Shown one piece after another: positions 1 to 13,500 of a DNA stretch of 64,000 nucleotides. Positions within the stretch are counted from its first letter, which is position 1. Each line of letters opens with the position of its first letter. This DNA comes from Eledone cirrhosa (lineage: Eukaryota): the NCBI GenBank assembly GCA_964016885.1, contig OZ024741.1, forward strand, positions 267,344,001 to 267,408,000, given 5' to 3'. A model generated the notes under the pieces. The model did no database searches, was not told the origin of the DNA, and saw nothing but the letters and a program-made list of their open reading frames with translations. Both the position numbers and the translations under genes were made by a program.

Positions 1-3000
1 GGTGCAATAGATCAGCCACAATGCTTGTTGTAGCAAATGAGAGAATATGCTTTCCTTGACGACTCAAATGCGATAACAAGGTATTATAGAGATATGTTTT
101 TCCTGTACCATCAGGGCCATCTAAGAAGAAAAATCTGCTGGGTCGGTGTTCTTCATCAATAGCTATGACAATTTGATCAAACACACAACACTGATTGTCT
201 GTCAAAGAGGTAATTTGTGCTTCCACTTCAAGGTCATCCTGGTTTTGTTTTACATTCTGGGCATTCATCAAAGGCATATCAACAATTGGAAGATGCAACT
301 CTCGGCATGTCAAACCTTGCAAGGACAATGTTGTTTCAATTTCTCGTAAAGCTAGTTGTACTGAAATTTTTCTAGTGTGATGTCTAAGGAAGTCTTCAGC
401 CAAACTTTCTTCAAACTTGTTGAACAGGACATCAGGATTGACTGGATTATTGAAAATGCAAATGCATGCAAACAGCTGCATATTTGTCAAAGGAGCCTCT
501 TCTAAACATCTTCTCCACTCATTGTCATTTTGAACCAACTGCCGGTGCTCTGTTGCTTCTTTATAACTGCCGCATATGACCTCATCCATGGTTTTCAGTT
601 CTTCAAAACTTCAAGCTCCTTTAACGTGCAGCAACAAAGTCTCATATAAAATCTTTCCTGATACTTGGGGTTGACAGAATACATTCGACTTATGATTTTG
701 TCAGCTCCACATTGTCTGGGTGTCCACTGCATCATTTTCTTATTGTAGACATAATGATAAGGAATGTCTACAGATATTGTCTTGCATTTTCATCATTTTG
801 GTTGAGCAAGAACCATGTTGTTAAAAGAGTGTCCTCTTTCTAGCGCTTATCTTTCTTGTCCCTCCTCAAAATAGACGGACTGTTCCTGCGAGAGATGAAC
901 AGGAAGGTGACTAATTGCACGGGATTTGTCATGCACTTTGAATTGAAGCAATCGCCACATTCCTTCAATTCAAAGTGCAATCGCCACATTCCTTCTAGAG
1001 CACTCACATATCTGGCATCTAGAAAATTCTTGATTTCATCATGAATTATGACATTGCTGTCAGTTGCTTCACTGATGCCTATGGTTATGGAATCATAGCC
1101 TTTGTATTTATACACATATTTCTTGGAGCGGATGAAGGCGCAAATTTTTACATTGACGTGGCAGTTGTATTTGTGACTTAGATATTTGTTATAAGGTACA
1201 ACATATCGGTTGTCCACTACTTTCTGAACAACGTTTAATGTTGAACCTGAATGTCTTCTGTAGGATGGATAACTATCTTGGTTTTTAAATGTTTGGAAAA
1301 GCCTTTTGAGCAGTTGTTATTTTCTATGCATGGCGTGTTAGGGTTTTGTTCACCACAAGGACTGTGAATCATAAATTTCTTAACAATTTCATAGAGTACT
1401 GGTTCTGTCTCTGGATCAGGAATTTCAGCACACACAATTTTGTCAATTCTTTCAGTTGAGTTTGGTTTATCTTCTGGATGAAATATTAATAATAAATGGG
1501 CGTGTGGCAGTCCTCTCTTCTGAAATTCTATGGTGTAACAATGTCAACAACTCAGCCAATCACATGTGTTTTTGTTACATCAATTATTAGTTCCTGCAAC
1601 TTCATATTGAACACCCAAGCCACTAAATCTGGCCTACTGGAGGCTGTTTGACCTGGAAAAAGGTTGTATCTCGGGCCAATTAGGGTTGCAAGTCATTGTA
1701 AGAGATATATCAGGTGAACCAAATTTTCTCACAATTACTAATGCATCTTGGTATCACTCTATTTCTTGATGATTCTTGGAATGATGATAGAAGAATGACT
1801 GTCCGTCCAATTCAAGCATCTTCAGTATTTGCTGCATTGGCTAAATGGTCAGCAAATCCTTGATATTGTTTCACTTTCGGATTGTTTTCTCGTGTTCGTA
1901 CGTAATTTAAATTGTTAGCTTCAACTTGTAAGTAAGAATCAACAACCTACTGTTGAAAAAGTTTTCCTCTGTGTAAAAGAGGATTGAATTCATTATCCCT
2001 TACAGCAATTAAAGATATTTTATGTTGAAGCATTGAAATATTTTGTTGTTACTGGTCATCACGATTTCTAGTCATGTTTGGTTGCCATCCTGATTCACCA
2101 TGTGGGAAAAACAATATGTATGTCTATGTACATCATTGGATCAAGATTTGGGCTCAAGATGTTGAGATTTATAGTAGGAGCCTCAGAGTTCCTTGAATAT
2201 ACTTTAAAATCTCTATGAAATGGTGCTTCGCCTTCTTCGTTTCTGAATACAATAGCAATTTCATTGATTGTTTGCAAATTGTATCTTCTTCTGCCGTTAT
2301 TACAATCTCTGTTGAATACTATGTTGACGCTTGGCATATCAATGTTTTCTTCTTGATCACGCTGTTCTTCTTGTACTTCAATTTCACGAAGTGTTTGAAA
2401 AGACTGAGCATATACATTATCTCTACGAATAAATTATCCAAATTTTCAAGCACATCTTGGAGGCAGCCTGAATTGGTGTGATTCTGAGCTCTTATTTCTG
2501 TTGCTTGGGCGCTGTTTACAACATAAAGCTGAGCATATTGTCTTCGTTTGCCTTCATTTGGATAAATATTTGAAGACCTGTGGTAAATTTGTCCATGCAT
2601 GCGGAAACAAAATGGGCTTTTTCCTGGTGAATTCTGCACTTGAGCACCATTCAAAGCGAATGATAGTGATGGATTATATGACCAAATGTTTTCTTTGAAG
2701 TTGCTATAATGAGGATGATTTTGATCAGATAATTAAACTAAATATGGTGGAAATTCTGTTCTGATAGGACGTAAAATTTTGCGTTTGTGACAACAATTAT
2801 TAAAACGTCCATCTGATGGTTTCTCTGCAGAAAAATGTTTTCCTGAGCAAAACTGACAATTGGGGTCCATATTTCCACAGTTATGAATGTGAACTCTGTT
2901 TTCTGAATATGCATCATTTACACACGCAGCTCTCATTGCCTTGGTATTCCTTTGCCGTCTTTGAATAATCTCTTCTGTTCCGTTTGCAATCCTTTGCGAA

Positions 3001-3368
3001 ACTCTTTCTCTCTGATATTCTCTTCTTGCATCAGTTTCAAAATCAGTTTAATTTTCACGGCGACGTGCTTGTCGGGTTCTGTCTTGGTTTCTGATGGCAG
3101 CAGATCTTTCAGCTGAGAGGCTTTCTCTTCTATTCCTCTGTCTTTCTCTCGCTAAACGACATTTCCATTCAATTGCACTCTCCATTACTGAAACCAACCT
3201 AAACTCTCACACCCAAACATTCACATAATCATAACAACCAATGTGTGTAGCCAATTTGCTATACATACACACTCACAGACGCCGTTTTCTGGAGTTTGGT
3301 CATCACCCCTTCCTTCATCAATCATCTCTTATGACGGACAAAAACACAAGAGCATTATATATTAGTAA
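1..3368 (-). mobile_element. Degenerate autonomous Helitron (Rep-helicase); 5' end near 3368, runs off the left edge of the window
   Basis: Minus-strand fragments in the expected order: Cys-rich N-terminal region (CQFC..CCHK, 2733-2936), 'FRMHGQIYH..YAQLY' (2319-2654), HUH Rep motif IEFQKRGLPHAH (~1495-1531), 'YVVPYN', 'KYVYKY' and 'FLDARYVS' (840-1217), PIF1 Walker A FLDGPDGTGKT (~95-130). Many stops and frameshifts. 5'-terminal-like TACTAATATATAATGC near 3367. Confidence 0.9.
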
Positions 3369-4434
3369 ATTATAAGTTACATATACCAGAACTAATGGTA
3401 GTTTCTAATATACAGTCTGATCCTAACAGTTTCAGTTACAACTGTTATTCACAGTCATTATGTAATCTTTGCAGACACTACATAATGGACGCCAGGGGTG
3501 TCATCAGCGAGTATTCATTCAGCCTCAGAATGGAAAGGTTATCCATATAATCTCTTCTGTGCTTTGTGGCTGCCATTCTAAAATGTAGCATTTGTAGTAA
3601 CATGTTGATATTTGGTATTTTCAGACCTCTAATACACACTACAAATTAAAGGTGTTAAAATACCAAAATATTTTTTCCACTGTACTTCATTCTTATATCT
3701 TTTATGGAAGTTTTGGGGTGGGATACAGTCCTAATTGACCATGCAGCTCTGTGATCTCTGTCATGACATTCTTCGAAAAAAAAACCCCAAAACAATTAAA
3801 GTAGAGCATCTTTAATTCTAGGTCTGTTCCATAGATGCTCAAAGTCATTAGAACATTGGATATTTGTTCTGGGTCTCTCTGAGTTCAAATCTCATTGAGG
3901 TCCACTTTGCCTTTCATCCATTTGGAATCGATAAAGAAAGTACTGGCCCAGTGCTGGTGCAGCTTTCTCTCCTTCTGGCTGTCACATTCTGGATGTTCTG
4001 ATGGATCAAGGAAGGGTGGTGAGGGTTCATAGCATGTTTGTGTTTGCTTGCAACAGCATAGGCTCTTAAAACTCTCAGCTAAAGCATGGTACATACTACC
4101 ATGTTATGTCTAGTTGCATGTGGTGGATGTAGTTTTTTCATAGGTGCTCACTTGGAGCTAACAATAACAACAGTACAGCTGTTAACATTACCAATATAAC
4201 AAACAACAACAATTTTTCTCTTCTAAAGCATGGGTTAGTCATGCGAGACCCTATTACAAGTTTCTCCACTTTGCCCTATGGCTGCATCCCCCTCCCCCTC
4301 ACTAATGCTCTCCTCCATCATCCCCAACATTATCAATATAAAAAGACTACAGAACAAAAGTCAAAATAAAAATAATTAGATCTTGATATTTTATTTACAT
4401 TATGTACAATTGATTATGTTATGTATGAGAACAG

Positions 4435-4708
4435 TGTGTGTATATATATATATACATATATATATATATGTATGTATGTATATATGTATGTATATATATA
4501 TGTATGTATATATATATATGTATGTATATATATATGTATGTATTTATATGTATATATATATATGTATGTATTTATATGTATGTATATATATATATGTATG
4601 TATGTATATATGTATGTATCTATGTATAAATATGTATGTATGTATATAAATGTATGTATGTATAAATGTGTATGTATGTATAAATGTGTATGTATGTATA
4701 TATGTATG

Positions 4709-4747
<39 letters not shown>

Positions 4748-4769
4748 GTATATATATATGTGTATTATG

Positions 4770-4825
<56 letters not shown>

Positions 4826-4908
4826 CATCATCATCATCATCAACGTTTAACGTCCGTGTTCCACACTTGCATGGGTTTGGACGGGGGTAGTCCCACTTGA
4901 GGCAAGAG

Positions 4909-4942
<34 letters not shown>

Positions 4943-5290
4943 TGTATTATATATATATATATGTATTATATATATGTATATGTTTATATATATATATATG
5001 TATTATATATATGTATATGTTTATATATATATATGTATTATATATATGTATATGTTTATATATATATATGTATTACATATATGTATATGTGTATATATAT
5101 ATATATGTATTACATATATGTATATGTGTATATATATATATGTATTACATATATGTATATGTTTATATATATGTATTATATATATGTATATGTTTATATA
5201 TATGTGTATTATATATATATGTATATGTATATGTATATATATGTATATATATATATGTATATGTATATATATGTATATATATATATGTAT
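4435..5290. repeat. Compound (TA)n/(TATG)n microsatellite, interrupted by an RTE 3'-tail fragment at 4826-4909
   Basis: Direct reading; source of the spurious Y/I/M/C-rich ORFs. Confidence 0.95.
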
Positions 5291-5291
5291 A

Positions 5292-7903
5292 CTAGCAGTT
5301 TAGCCCAGCGTTGCTCGGGTTTGTTCATTTGTTAAGAAAAGTTACATACAGGTAAACGTGGCTTGAAAGCGAATAAGCTTATCAATTAAGTGCATAAAGC
5401 ACTTGAACCGGTTATTAAAAGTTACGAACCAATTAGCATTTTGGACAATCAATGATGGGTTAATAATCTTATAATAGCGAATTTAGCAGACCAAAGTTGC
5501 AAGATGGTGGCCCTGATGCCGTTGGGTGTCAGATCTGTCCGCGATGGGTGACCCTACCAGTTTCCCAGACAGCATAGCTCCAACACCTCCAACACCTGCA
5601 CCAACATCTATAGCACCTCTTTGTAGATGATATTGCGTGTCATCCCTTGAGGAGTGTAAGCAAAAAGTCCATTCCTGCTCCTTATGCGGGAACAGACAAC
5701 ATAAAGGTGGCCATGGGAGAAGCATGGCTCCCCCAAATGGATGCCCGCCACCGACAATGTTTGCCCTTGTGACTTATTAATGGACATGGCAAAACATGGT
5801 CTCACCGGGAATTGGGATCGCCGGAAATCGAACGGGATATTTGACGCCGAGGGGAAAAGGTTCATCCTTGGAATGAAAACATTCTCCCCTCTCCCGCACC
5901 CCTTACAATGGTGGCCTCAATCAAGTGGGGCGTCAGTGACTTGACGACCATGCGAGTACTATTGCACTGCTTTGGTGGACGCAAGTTCCTTATTAGCATA
6001 ATGGTACAGCCAACCCTAAGCTTAAGAATGTGAGGTGGGAGCCCTGGGGCTCAAGGGAATTTAATAACTCAACCGGATAATTAACGATATCGTCGAGGTC
6101 TGACATCCGGTCGATATATTTGAAGATGGCTCTTTACTGGGAAACTGCTCAATCAGCTGCTCATTAATAAAATTAACCATGATATTTTTTGGAGCAAGGA
6201 TGGCTCTTTCGCTGAGCAAATCGAGGTTTCTAAAGTTAGATGAGACATTAGGAAAAACTGCTTCCCAAAGGTCAGAAGGGCTGCTCACAATGTTGCACAG
6301 GGAGTCGATTGCTATGCCGCCCTTGTCATCTGCAGGGACCTTTCCCTCACCAAGTGCTAAAATATTCTGAGCAAATGCTGCAGACATGTTGTCACCATGC
6401 AAATGAGCACGCATATTTGTGCTCAGGTACAAACTCTTCACCTAGAGCCACAACATGGACAACTTAAGACAGGCACGCACTTCATCAGCTCTTGTTCCTT
6501 TGGGGATGACAGGCAGCGTTTGCCGAAAATCCCCTGATAGCAGAAGGGTTACACCACCCATAGGAGCCATAGAATCCCTAATGTCTTTCAGGGTCCTGTC
6601 CAATGCCTCAAGGGCACCCTTGTGTGCCATTGTGCACTCATCCCAAACGATGAGGCAACATTTTTTGAGAACCAGAGCTTCGTGTGAACTCTTGCTGATA
6701 TTGCATGTTGGTGTCTCAGTTTTTATTAAATCCAAGGGGAGTTTAAAGGTTGAATGTGCTGTCCTGCCTCCCGGCAGTAAAGTAGCAGCAATCCTGGACG
6801 ATGCAACGGCCAACGCAATTTTTTTCTCCTGGTGAATCTTAGCGAGAATCAATTTCGTTACATAAGTTTTTCCGGTACCCCTAGGAGCATCGAGAAAGTA
6901 AATACCCCAAGTCTGATTTTGAACCGTGTCAATGATAGTTAAATAGGCCAACCTTTGGTCCGACAGAAGTTTGGGCTCATTTTCCTCTAAGTATTGGGAA
7001 AGGACAACAATAAAATATAATGTCTTTGTTGAATCATGTAAATAAATGCTTAAGCGTGGTTATTGTTACATTTGTTGTTTTATAAATTCATCTGTTGCTT
7101 TTGAATATTTGTTATTTGATGTAAAATGTGTGCAAAATGTAACGTTGAGAGAGCAGTATGTATTTAATGTTATTGGCTTTTTAAATTTTGATATTTGATG
7201 TATGAGTGTCGCTTAGTTATCAACGTTTTTTTCGCGTTCCTGAATGAAGAGGGGGAATGATTATAGAGAGAGAGAAGAGCGACGGAGAGAGTGAAGCTAG
7301 TGTTAAACCTCGAAGCATGAATAGAGTAAAGCAGTTAAATTATAGAGAGGGGGAATAATCTATTGTAGAGAGAGGGAAGAGCGACGGAGAGAGTAAAGCT
7401 ATGGATGTTGTATAAATCAATGTGTTGCTTAGGTTTCAAAGTTTGTGTCGCGTTCCTTCAAAAGAAGTTTTGTCGTTGTTCTAAACTGTAGGGTAGTAGG
7501 CGGAGGCAGTAACCTTTTAAAGAGAGTTGCAGAGGAGATTGAGGGGGGAGTAGAGGGAGTGATGAACCTTTTAAAGAGAGTTGCAGAGGAGATTGAGAGT
7601 GGAGTAGAAGAAAGGATGAACCTTTTAAAGAGAGTTGCAACATGTATGTAGTTTCATATATTTTTGATGGTAGTAGTGAGAGGAATGAAGCGTGTAAGAG
7701 AGAGGGTTATAGCATGTATTTAGTTTTATCGATTTTTTTTTTCATAGAATCAGGAGATTTTTGGCAAAAATAATTACGCGTTGACCTGCCCTGGTAAATT
7801 TGGAGCACATTGGAAAAGAAATCATCAAAATCAGTAGAGAAATGTGGAAATGCATAAAAATCATACACACAGACAGACATCTACCGTTTTATATATATAG
7901 AGA
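5292..7903 (-). mobile_element. Internally deleted Helitron with both termini, retaining the PIF1-type helicase region
   Basis: Minus strand starts TC(TCTATATATAT) at 7903 and ends hairpin CCCGAGCAACGCTGGG ... CTAG at 5292, inserted between A and T. Helicase motifs FLDAPRGTGKT, VWDECTM, GDFRQTLPV, NMR, AMSINKSQGQT and FSHGHLYV are split across 6442-6951, 6061-6441 and 5608-5865. Confidence 0.9.
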
Positions 7904-7994
7904 TGTATATATATGTATATATATATATATGTATGTATATATATATATGTATGTATATGTATAGAGATGTATATATATATATATATGTATGTAT

Positions 7995-8030
<36 letters not shown>

Positions 8031-8214
8031 GTATATGTATATATATATATGTATATATATATATATGTATGTATTTGCATATATATGTATATGTATATAT
8101 CATCATTATCGTCGTTTAACGTCTATCTTCCACGCTAGCATGGGTATATATATATGTATATATATGTATATGTATATATGTATGTATATGTATATTTATA
8201 TGTATATATGTCTG

Positions 8215-8245
<31 letters not shown>
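7904..8245. repeat. (TA)n/(TATG)n microsatellite with a short RTE-tail fragment (~8100-8145)
   Basis: Direct reading. Confidence 0.9.
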
Positions 8246-8452
8246 TGTTTTAGAACTATTTTTAAGAGGTTGATGTTAGGAAAGGCATTCAGCCATAGAA
8301 ACCATGCCAATTTATGGAATGTGTGTAAACAAGACATGAATATCTGGCCATGTCTTATCTTGGAGCAGTATGGAAAATGAATCTAAAATGATAATGATGA
8401 CACGAGTTGCCTTCTATTTTAGCCCTAATTTCCAATAGTTCATCCTCATCAT

Positions 8453-9227
8453 TTATATTGCTGATTCTTTGGTACTTTTTTTACTGTATGATGATGTTGA
8501 TTTAGTTCTTGATGATGATGATGATGATCCATAGTTACTATTTTTACCTTTGGGAAGTTTATATACAGATTTTGTACATCCAAGGATGATAGACTTCAAG
8601 GTATCTCGGAAGCGTTGACTGATAGCTGTGTAGAGAATGAAGTTTACGCTGGAATTGAGGAGAACCAGGAAATTGTTGATTGCTCTCAACCTGATCCCTG
8701 TTGGTGTTCCCAAAACAGTGCTTCGGTCAAAGAGAGAGATGTTAATGGCGAGATAAAGTCCAATGGAATGACACATCATAAAGACCAAAACCATTACTAT
8801 AACAACTGTTGTGATGTGTACAATTTCCTGTGAAGTCTGTTTCTTCATGTGTTTCGTTGAGGATTGGTGTTTGATGAGAAAAAATACAAGCAGCGTGTTT
8901 AGAATGGACAGCGAAATCTCTGGGATGAAAACTGCTATGGCTATGTTTACCGAATGCATCAGGCTCATGTATGTTTTGCTAAGTGACAACATGATTAACT
9001 TCACTGGATTTTGATCTTCTGTATTCTTATTGACACCATACTCAAACCATTTTGAGAAATGGAACAAAAATGATATGATAAAGATTGTTATGATGGCTAC
9101 TTTGGCTCGATGGACAGTGCACATTATTTTGGCCTTCAGAGCAAAACGGATTGCAATAAATCGTTCAATTGTTACAGCAACAGTCAACCAGCTGGTACAG
9201 GTAATGAATAAATTTGACATCGTGTAC
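8453..9227 (-). CDS. Class A GPCR (FMRFamide/peptide-receptor-like), coding exon 2 (TM3-TM7 and C-tail)
   Basis: Acceptor tttacag|G at 9228/9227 completes the phase-2 codon CG+G from exon 1. Motifs SWLTVAVTIERFIAI (DRY equivalent), FIPEISLSILN (TM5), VFMMCHS (TM6), LNSSVNFILY (NPxxY equivalent), SQRFR helix 8. Stop at 8453-8455. Confidence 0.93.
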
Positions 9228-9584
9228 CTGTAAATTATATATAAAATATAACATTAGATTAAACATGATTATAGTATGGGATGTGATATTCATTATATAC
9301 AAAAAAGACTCCACTCCTTCAATTATGACTGACCATGGACTGACACCTGGAAAGTTCCTCTCCAAACTCCAAACCTGGACAAGTGATTTTGTGGAATACC
9401 AGCGGTCACCTATGTATGCCAGTCTCCTCTGTTCACACCGCCAATGTTGTCCAAAGTTGATACAGCTTGGCACAACTCATTTCTTCCAATAGAGTGGACT
9501 GAAGCAAGAGTTGCACTATCTCATTCTGAAATCCAGTCATCCAAAATGGCTGATTAACTACACATGTTTTCCTCCTTAAAAACA

Positions 9585-9810
9585 TTTTTCTTTCTTTTCT
9601 TACTTTCTTACTTTTCTTACTTTCTTTCTTTTCTTACTTTCCTCTATTTCTTTCTCTATCTCTCTCTTTTTATCTTCCAATGAAAGACTAACATCTGAAA
9701 CGTTAAGTATCTTTTCCTACTATACCAAGTATTAAACTAATATATACCATCATTATAATGTATTGTTCTCCAGTTTTTTCTTGTTGACTTTTCTTACATT
9801 CACACAGACA
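9585..9810 (+). mobile_element. Short repeat carrying a decayed minimal hammerhead (9674-9707); same family as 14975-15115 (-) and 24570-24805 (+)
   Basis: Pyrimidine-rich lead, CTT-CCAATGA-AAGACTAACATCT-GAAACGTT-AAG, then TTAAACTAATATA, which the other copies share in similar form. Confidence 0.5.
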
Positions 9811-9974
9811 CATATATATATAGAGAGATACACAGACACACATAATCAATGCTTACACGGACACCCTTAATTCATTGGATCTCTATGCTAAATTTTCACA
9901 CTGAAACTGGATTCTACCTGACATTCTCTGACACCTCCTGAGATGTTTTTTTGCTGTTTTTTGCATTACACTAA

Positions 9975-10012
9975 CTAGCAGAAAAACCACACTTCGGGTG
10001 GTTTTCTGCTAG
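9975..10012 (-). mobile_element. Helitron-like 3' terminus (hairpin plus CTAG)
   Basis: CTAGCAGAAAAACCAC-ACTTCGG-GTGGTTTTCTGCTAG palindrome ending CTAG|T on the minus strand; resembles the terminus at 5292. Confidence 0.45.
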
Positions 10013-10570
10013 CATGTGTAGTGTGTATATTGATATTATACGCAAGTATATATGCATGTAGATATGATCAAATAAAATCGTAATTGACAATATAAACAGA
10101 AATTGAACGAAGACTGTGTTACAGTAACGTAATCCATGATACATTAAAAAAAGTCGATATTATATATAAACTGCATTAGGAGAAAATTAGTGATGGAAAT
10201 ATATGAATATTTATTTAAACGGTCACTAACCGGAAGTGTTGACATTTGAAAGTTTTAAAGAAGTAAATCTTTAAATAAGTAATAAAATATATTTAATGAA
10301 CAGCCACAAAATTTAGTAGATAAATTATGTAATATTCATTCATTATTTATTCAAAGTAATCCAACTTATTTTACTAAGGGGATAAAAAAATTATAAACCG
10401 TACGCAGTCCCGTGCTTCTTACTTTATTATAGTTTACATATTGGATGACTGACTACTAATTTTCCTCCCATTCCACAGCTTTCTCTCAATTCTCTTCCTA
10501 TCCCCTCTCTTTTCTTCATCCTACACTCTTGCCTTCTCTCCTTCATATATATATATATATATATATATAT

Positions 10571-13500
10571 CATCATCATCATCATCATCATCATCGTTTA
10601 ACATCCATATTCCACGCTTGCATGGGTTTAGACGGGTGTTTTCCCACTTGAGGCAAGAGTGGTTGTCTTGCTCGCATAGGACTGTCTGGCGGGTTTTCTA
10701 CGGCTGGATGCCTTCCTAACACCAACCACATTTACAGTGTGGAACTGGGAGGTTTTTACCGTAACACGGTAAAAAACCTCCACACGGCCACATTACAGCG
10801 TGGACTGTGTGTTTTTTTTGTCGTGACACCTACACGACCTCATTTGTTTCGGCCTGGATGTTGTGGTACCAACATAACTTTACATTGAAAGGGGTGGTGT
10901 GGATGGGGTAAGGGTAGTGGGACGGGGTGTATTTTGTTAGAGGTGCCTACTGACTGTAGTAGGTTTTACTTTGTATTTAGGTAAGGCGGGTCTCCTCTAT
11001 TACTGAGTACCGCCAAAGATCTCGGTCCAGTGACATTGTCTTGGAGAGGTGTAAGTGTGTGAGGTCGGAATTTATCAAGTCGTCCCAGGTTTTTCTGGGT
11101 CTGCCTACTCCGTGGCTACCGTCTATTTTTATTGCCCTGCACTTTTTTATACAGCTGAGGTCTTTCATGCGCATCACGTAACCATACCAACGTAGCCTTC
11201 TCTCGAGTAAACAACATCTGATCCCTCTTATTTCTAATTTTTCCCTTAGTTCGTTAATGCTTTGCCGTTCACGTATATTACTATTACACATCCAGCGGAG
11301 CATGCAAGCTTTGTTCCTCTCTAGTCTGCGTATATCCTCTGCACACAATGCCCAGGTCTCACTGCCATGCAACATTGCTATTCGTATGCAGGCATCATAC
11401 AGCCTGCCTTTCATTTTTAGGGAGAACCCTTTAGTGGCTAATAGTGGTATAAGCTCTCTGAACTTTTTCCATCCAGTTCTGACTCTAACTACTGTACTTT
11501 CAGAGCACCCTCCCCTACTGCTGATTTTGTCACCCAGGTAACGGAAGCTGTCCACTATTTCTATAGAACCCTCTGTGCAATTGAAAGAGCTAGTATTTTG
11601 TGGGAACTTGCTGCTACTTATTGCACCAGAGCACCGGCCACATGTAAGATCTATGTTCTTAGTTAGCTTACCTGTGATCCCACTACATCTTTTATGCACC
11701 CATACTTTGCATTTGGGACATAAAATGGAGTTTCTACCTACGCCTTTCCTACATACTGAGCATGGCCATTTCCCGGATGGGACCGGCGCCCTATTTTCCT
11801 TCCTACAAACTAGAACTTTAGTCTTAGCCAGGTTAATTTTAAGGCCTTTTGATTCTAGGCCGTGCTTCCATGTTTGGAATTTCTTCTCTAGTTCGGCCAT
11901 TGATTCAGCTATGAGCGTTAGATCATCTGCGTATAGGAGTTCCCATGGGCAGCCGGTCTTGAACTCCACTGTTATAGCCTGAAGGGCAATAATAAATAGT
12001 AGGGGGCTAAGAACGGAGCCCTGATGAACACCAACTTTTACGCTAAACTCTTCACTATATTCGTTGTTAATTCTAACCTTGCTGACTGTTTCTTTATACA
12101 TGGCTTGTATAGCTCTCACAACCCATTCATCAACACCTAATTTTCTAAGAGCCCACCAGATAATGGAACGGGGGACTCTGTCGAAAGCTTTCTCCAAGTT
12201 GACAAAAGTTAAGTATAGGGGCTTACTTTTAGCTAGGTACTTCTCCTGTAGTTGTCGTACAATGAAAAGAGCGTCTGTGGTACTTTTGCCTGACACAAAC
12301 CCAAACTGCATTTCATCTAGATCAATTCTCTCTCTGATTAGTTGCGCTATTACTTTTTCTGTGACCTTCTTGACCTGGTCGATTAATTTAATGTCTCTAT
12401 AGTTACTCCTATCTAGGGCATCTCCTTTACCCTTGTAGCAGTTAATGATGATGCTGCTACGCCAGTCCTTCGGAACAACCCCATTCTGTATGACTTGGTT
12501 TACTATCCGGGTGACCATGGTGTGTCCCACCGATCCAGAGACTTTCAGCATCTCAGCAACCATTTCCGAAGGCCCAGCCGCCTTACCCGTCTTCATATCT
12601 TTGATTGCCTTACTTATTATACTACCTTCGACTAACACTGCTGGTCCCTCTATTGGGTCGGTGTGGGGGAGACTGTCTTTCTCCCATTTATTCTCCTCAT
12701 TTAGTAGCCTTTCGTAGTGACACTTCCAAGCTACCTTCTTATCAGCGTCAGTGATGGCAAGTACTCCATCATCATTAAGGATACACTTCTCCCCGACAAT
12801 ATCACTGTTTTCCTTGACACATTGCCTAGCAATCCTGAACACCTCACGTTTTTGGTCCTCGCGTTGTAGAACATGCTTGAACTTTCTTTCCTCTGCTTCC
12901 CTTCTTGCGAAGTACACTTGTCTCCTAGCTTCCCTCCTGGCCACTTGATAGTCTTCTTTACTTCCCCCATCCCGCCATACTTTCCAAGCCTGCTTTTTGG
13001 CCTTAATTGACTCCTCCACCTTACTGTTCCACCACCATCTTACTCTCCTCCTGCCTATAGGCCTGCTCCAGCCACAGACTTCGTCTGCCACCATCAGCAG
13101 GTTTGCTTTCAGGAATTCCCACTGTTCCTCTATATTGTACGACCCTAAATGCTTTTCCTTACTGTCGAAAGCATCAAGTAATATGCTTTTAAATTTATTT
13201 CTGGCTGTGGGGTCCTTTAGCTTCCATATTTTTCTCCTGAGGATAGTCCTCTTCTGCTGTCGAGTACGTCTCGTCCTGACTATGAGGTCACTAACTATGA
13301 GTCTATGTTGGGAGGTGCATTCTTCAGGGGGCAGGGATTTAGTGTTTACAACAGACACTCTGTCACGTCTTCTGGTAAAGATATAATCTACCTGGCTGGT
13401 ATGTTCCCCTGATCTGTAGGTGATCAAGCGATTGTCTCGTTTTTTGAAGTTAGTGTTACAGATAGTTAGGTTATTTGCATCACAGAATTCCAGGATTCTG

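Noticed and set aside
3420-3515. Minus-strand CTGATGA followed by two hairpins
   Set aside because: No clean GAAA and no closing stem I, so not called a hammerhead; it could be a heavily decayed one.
4383-5335. Many Y/I/M/C-rich ORFs (also 7861-8253, 36983-37247, 50658-50975, 63543-63959)
   Set aside because: Translations of (TA)n, (TATG)n and (CA)n microsatellites.
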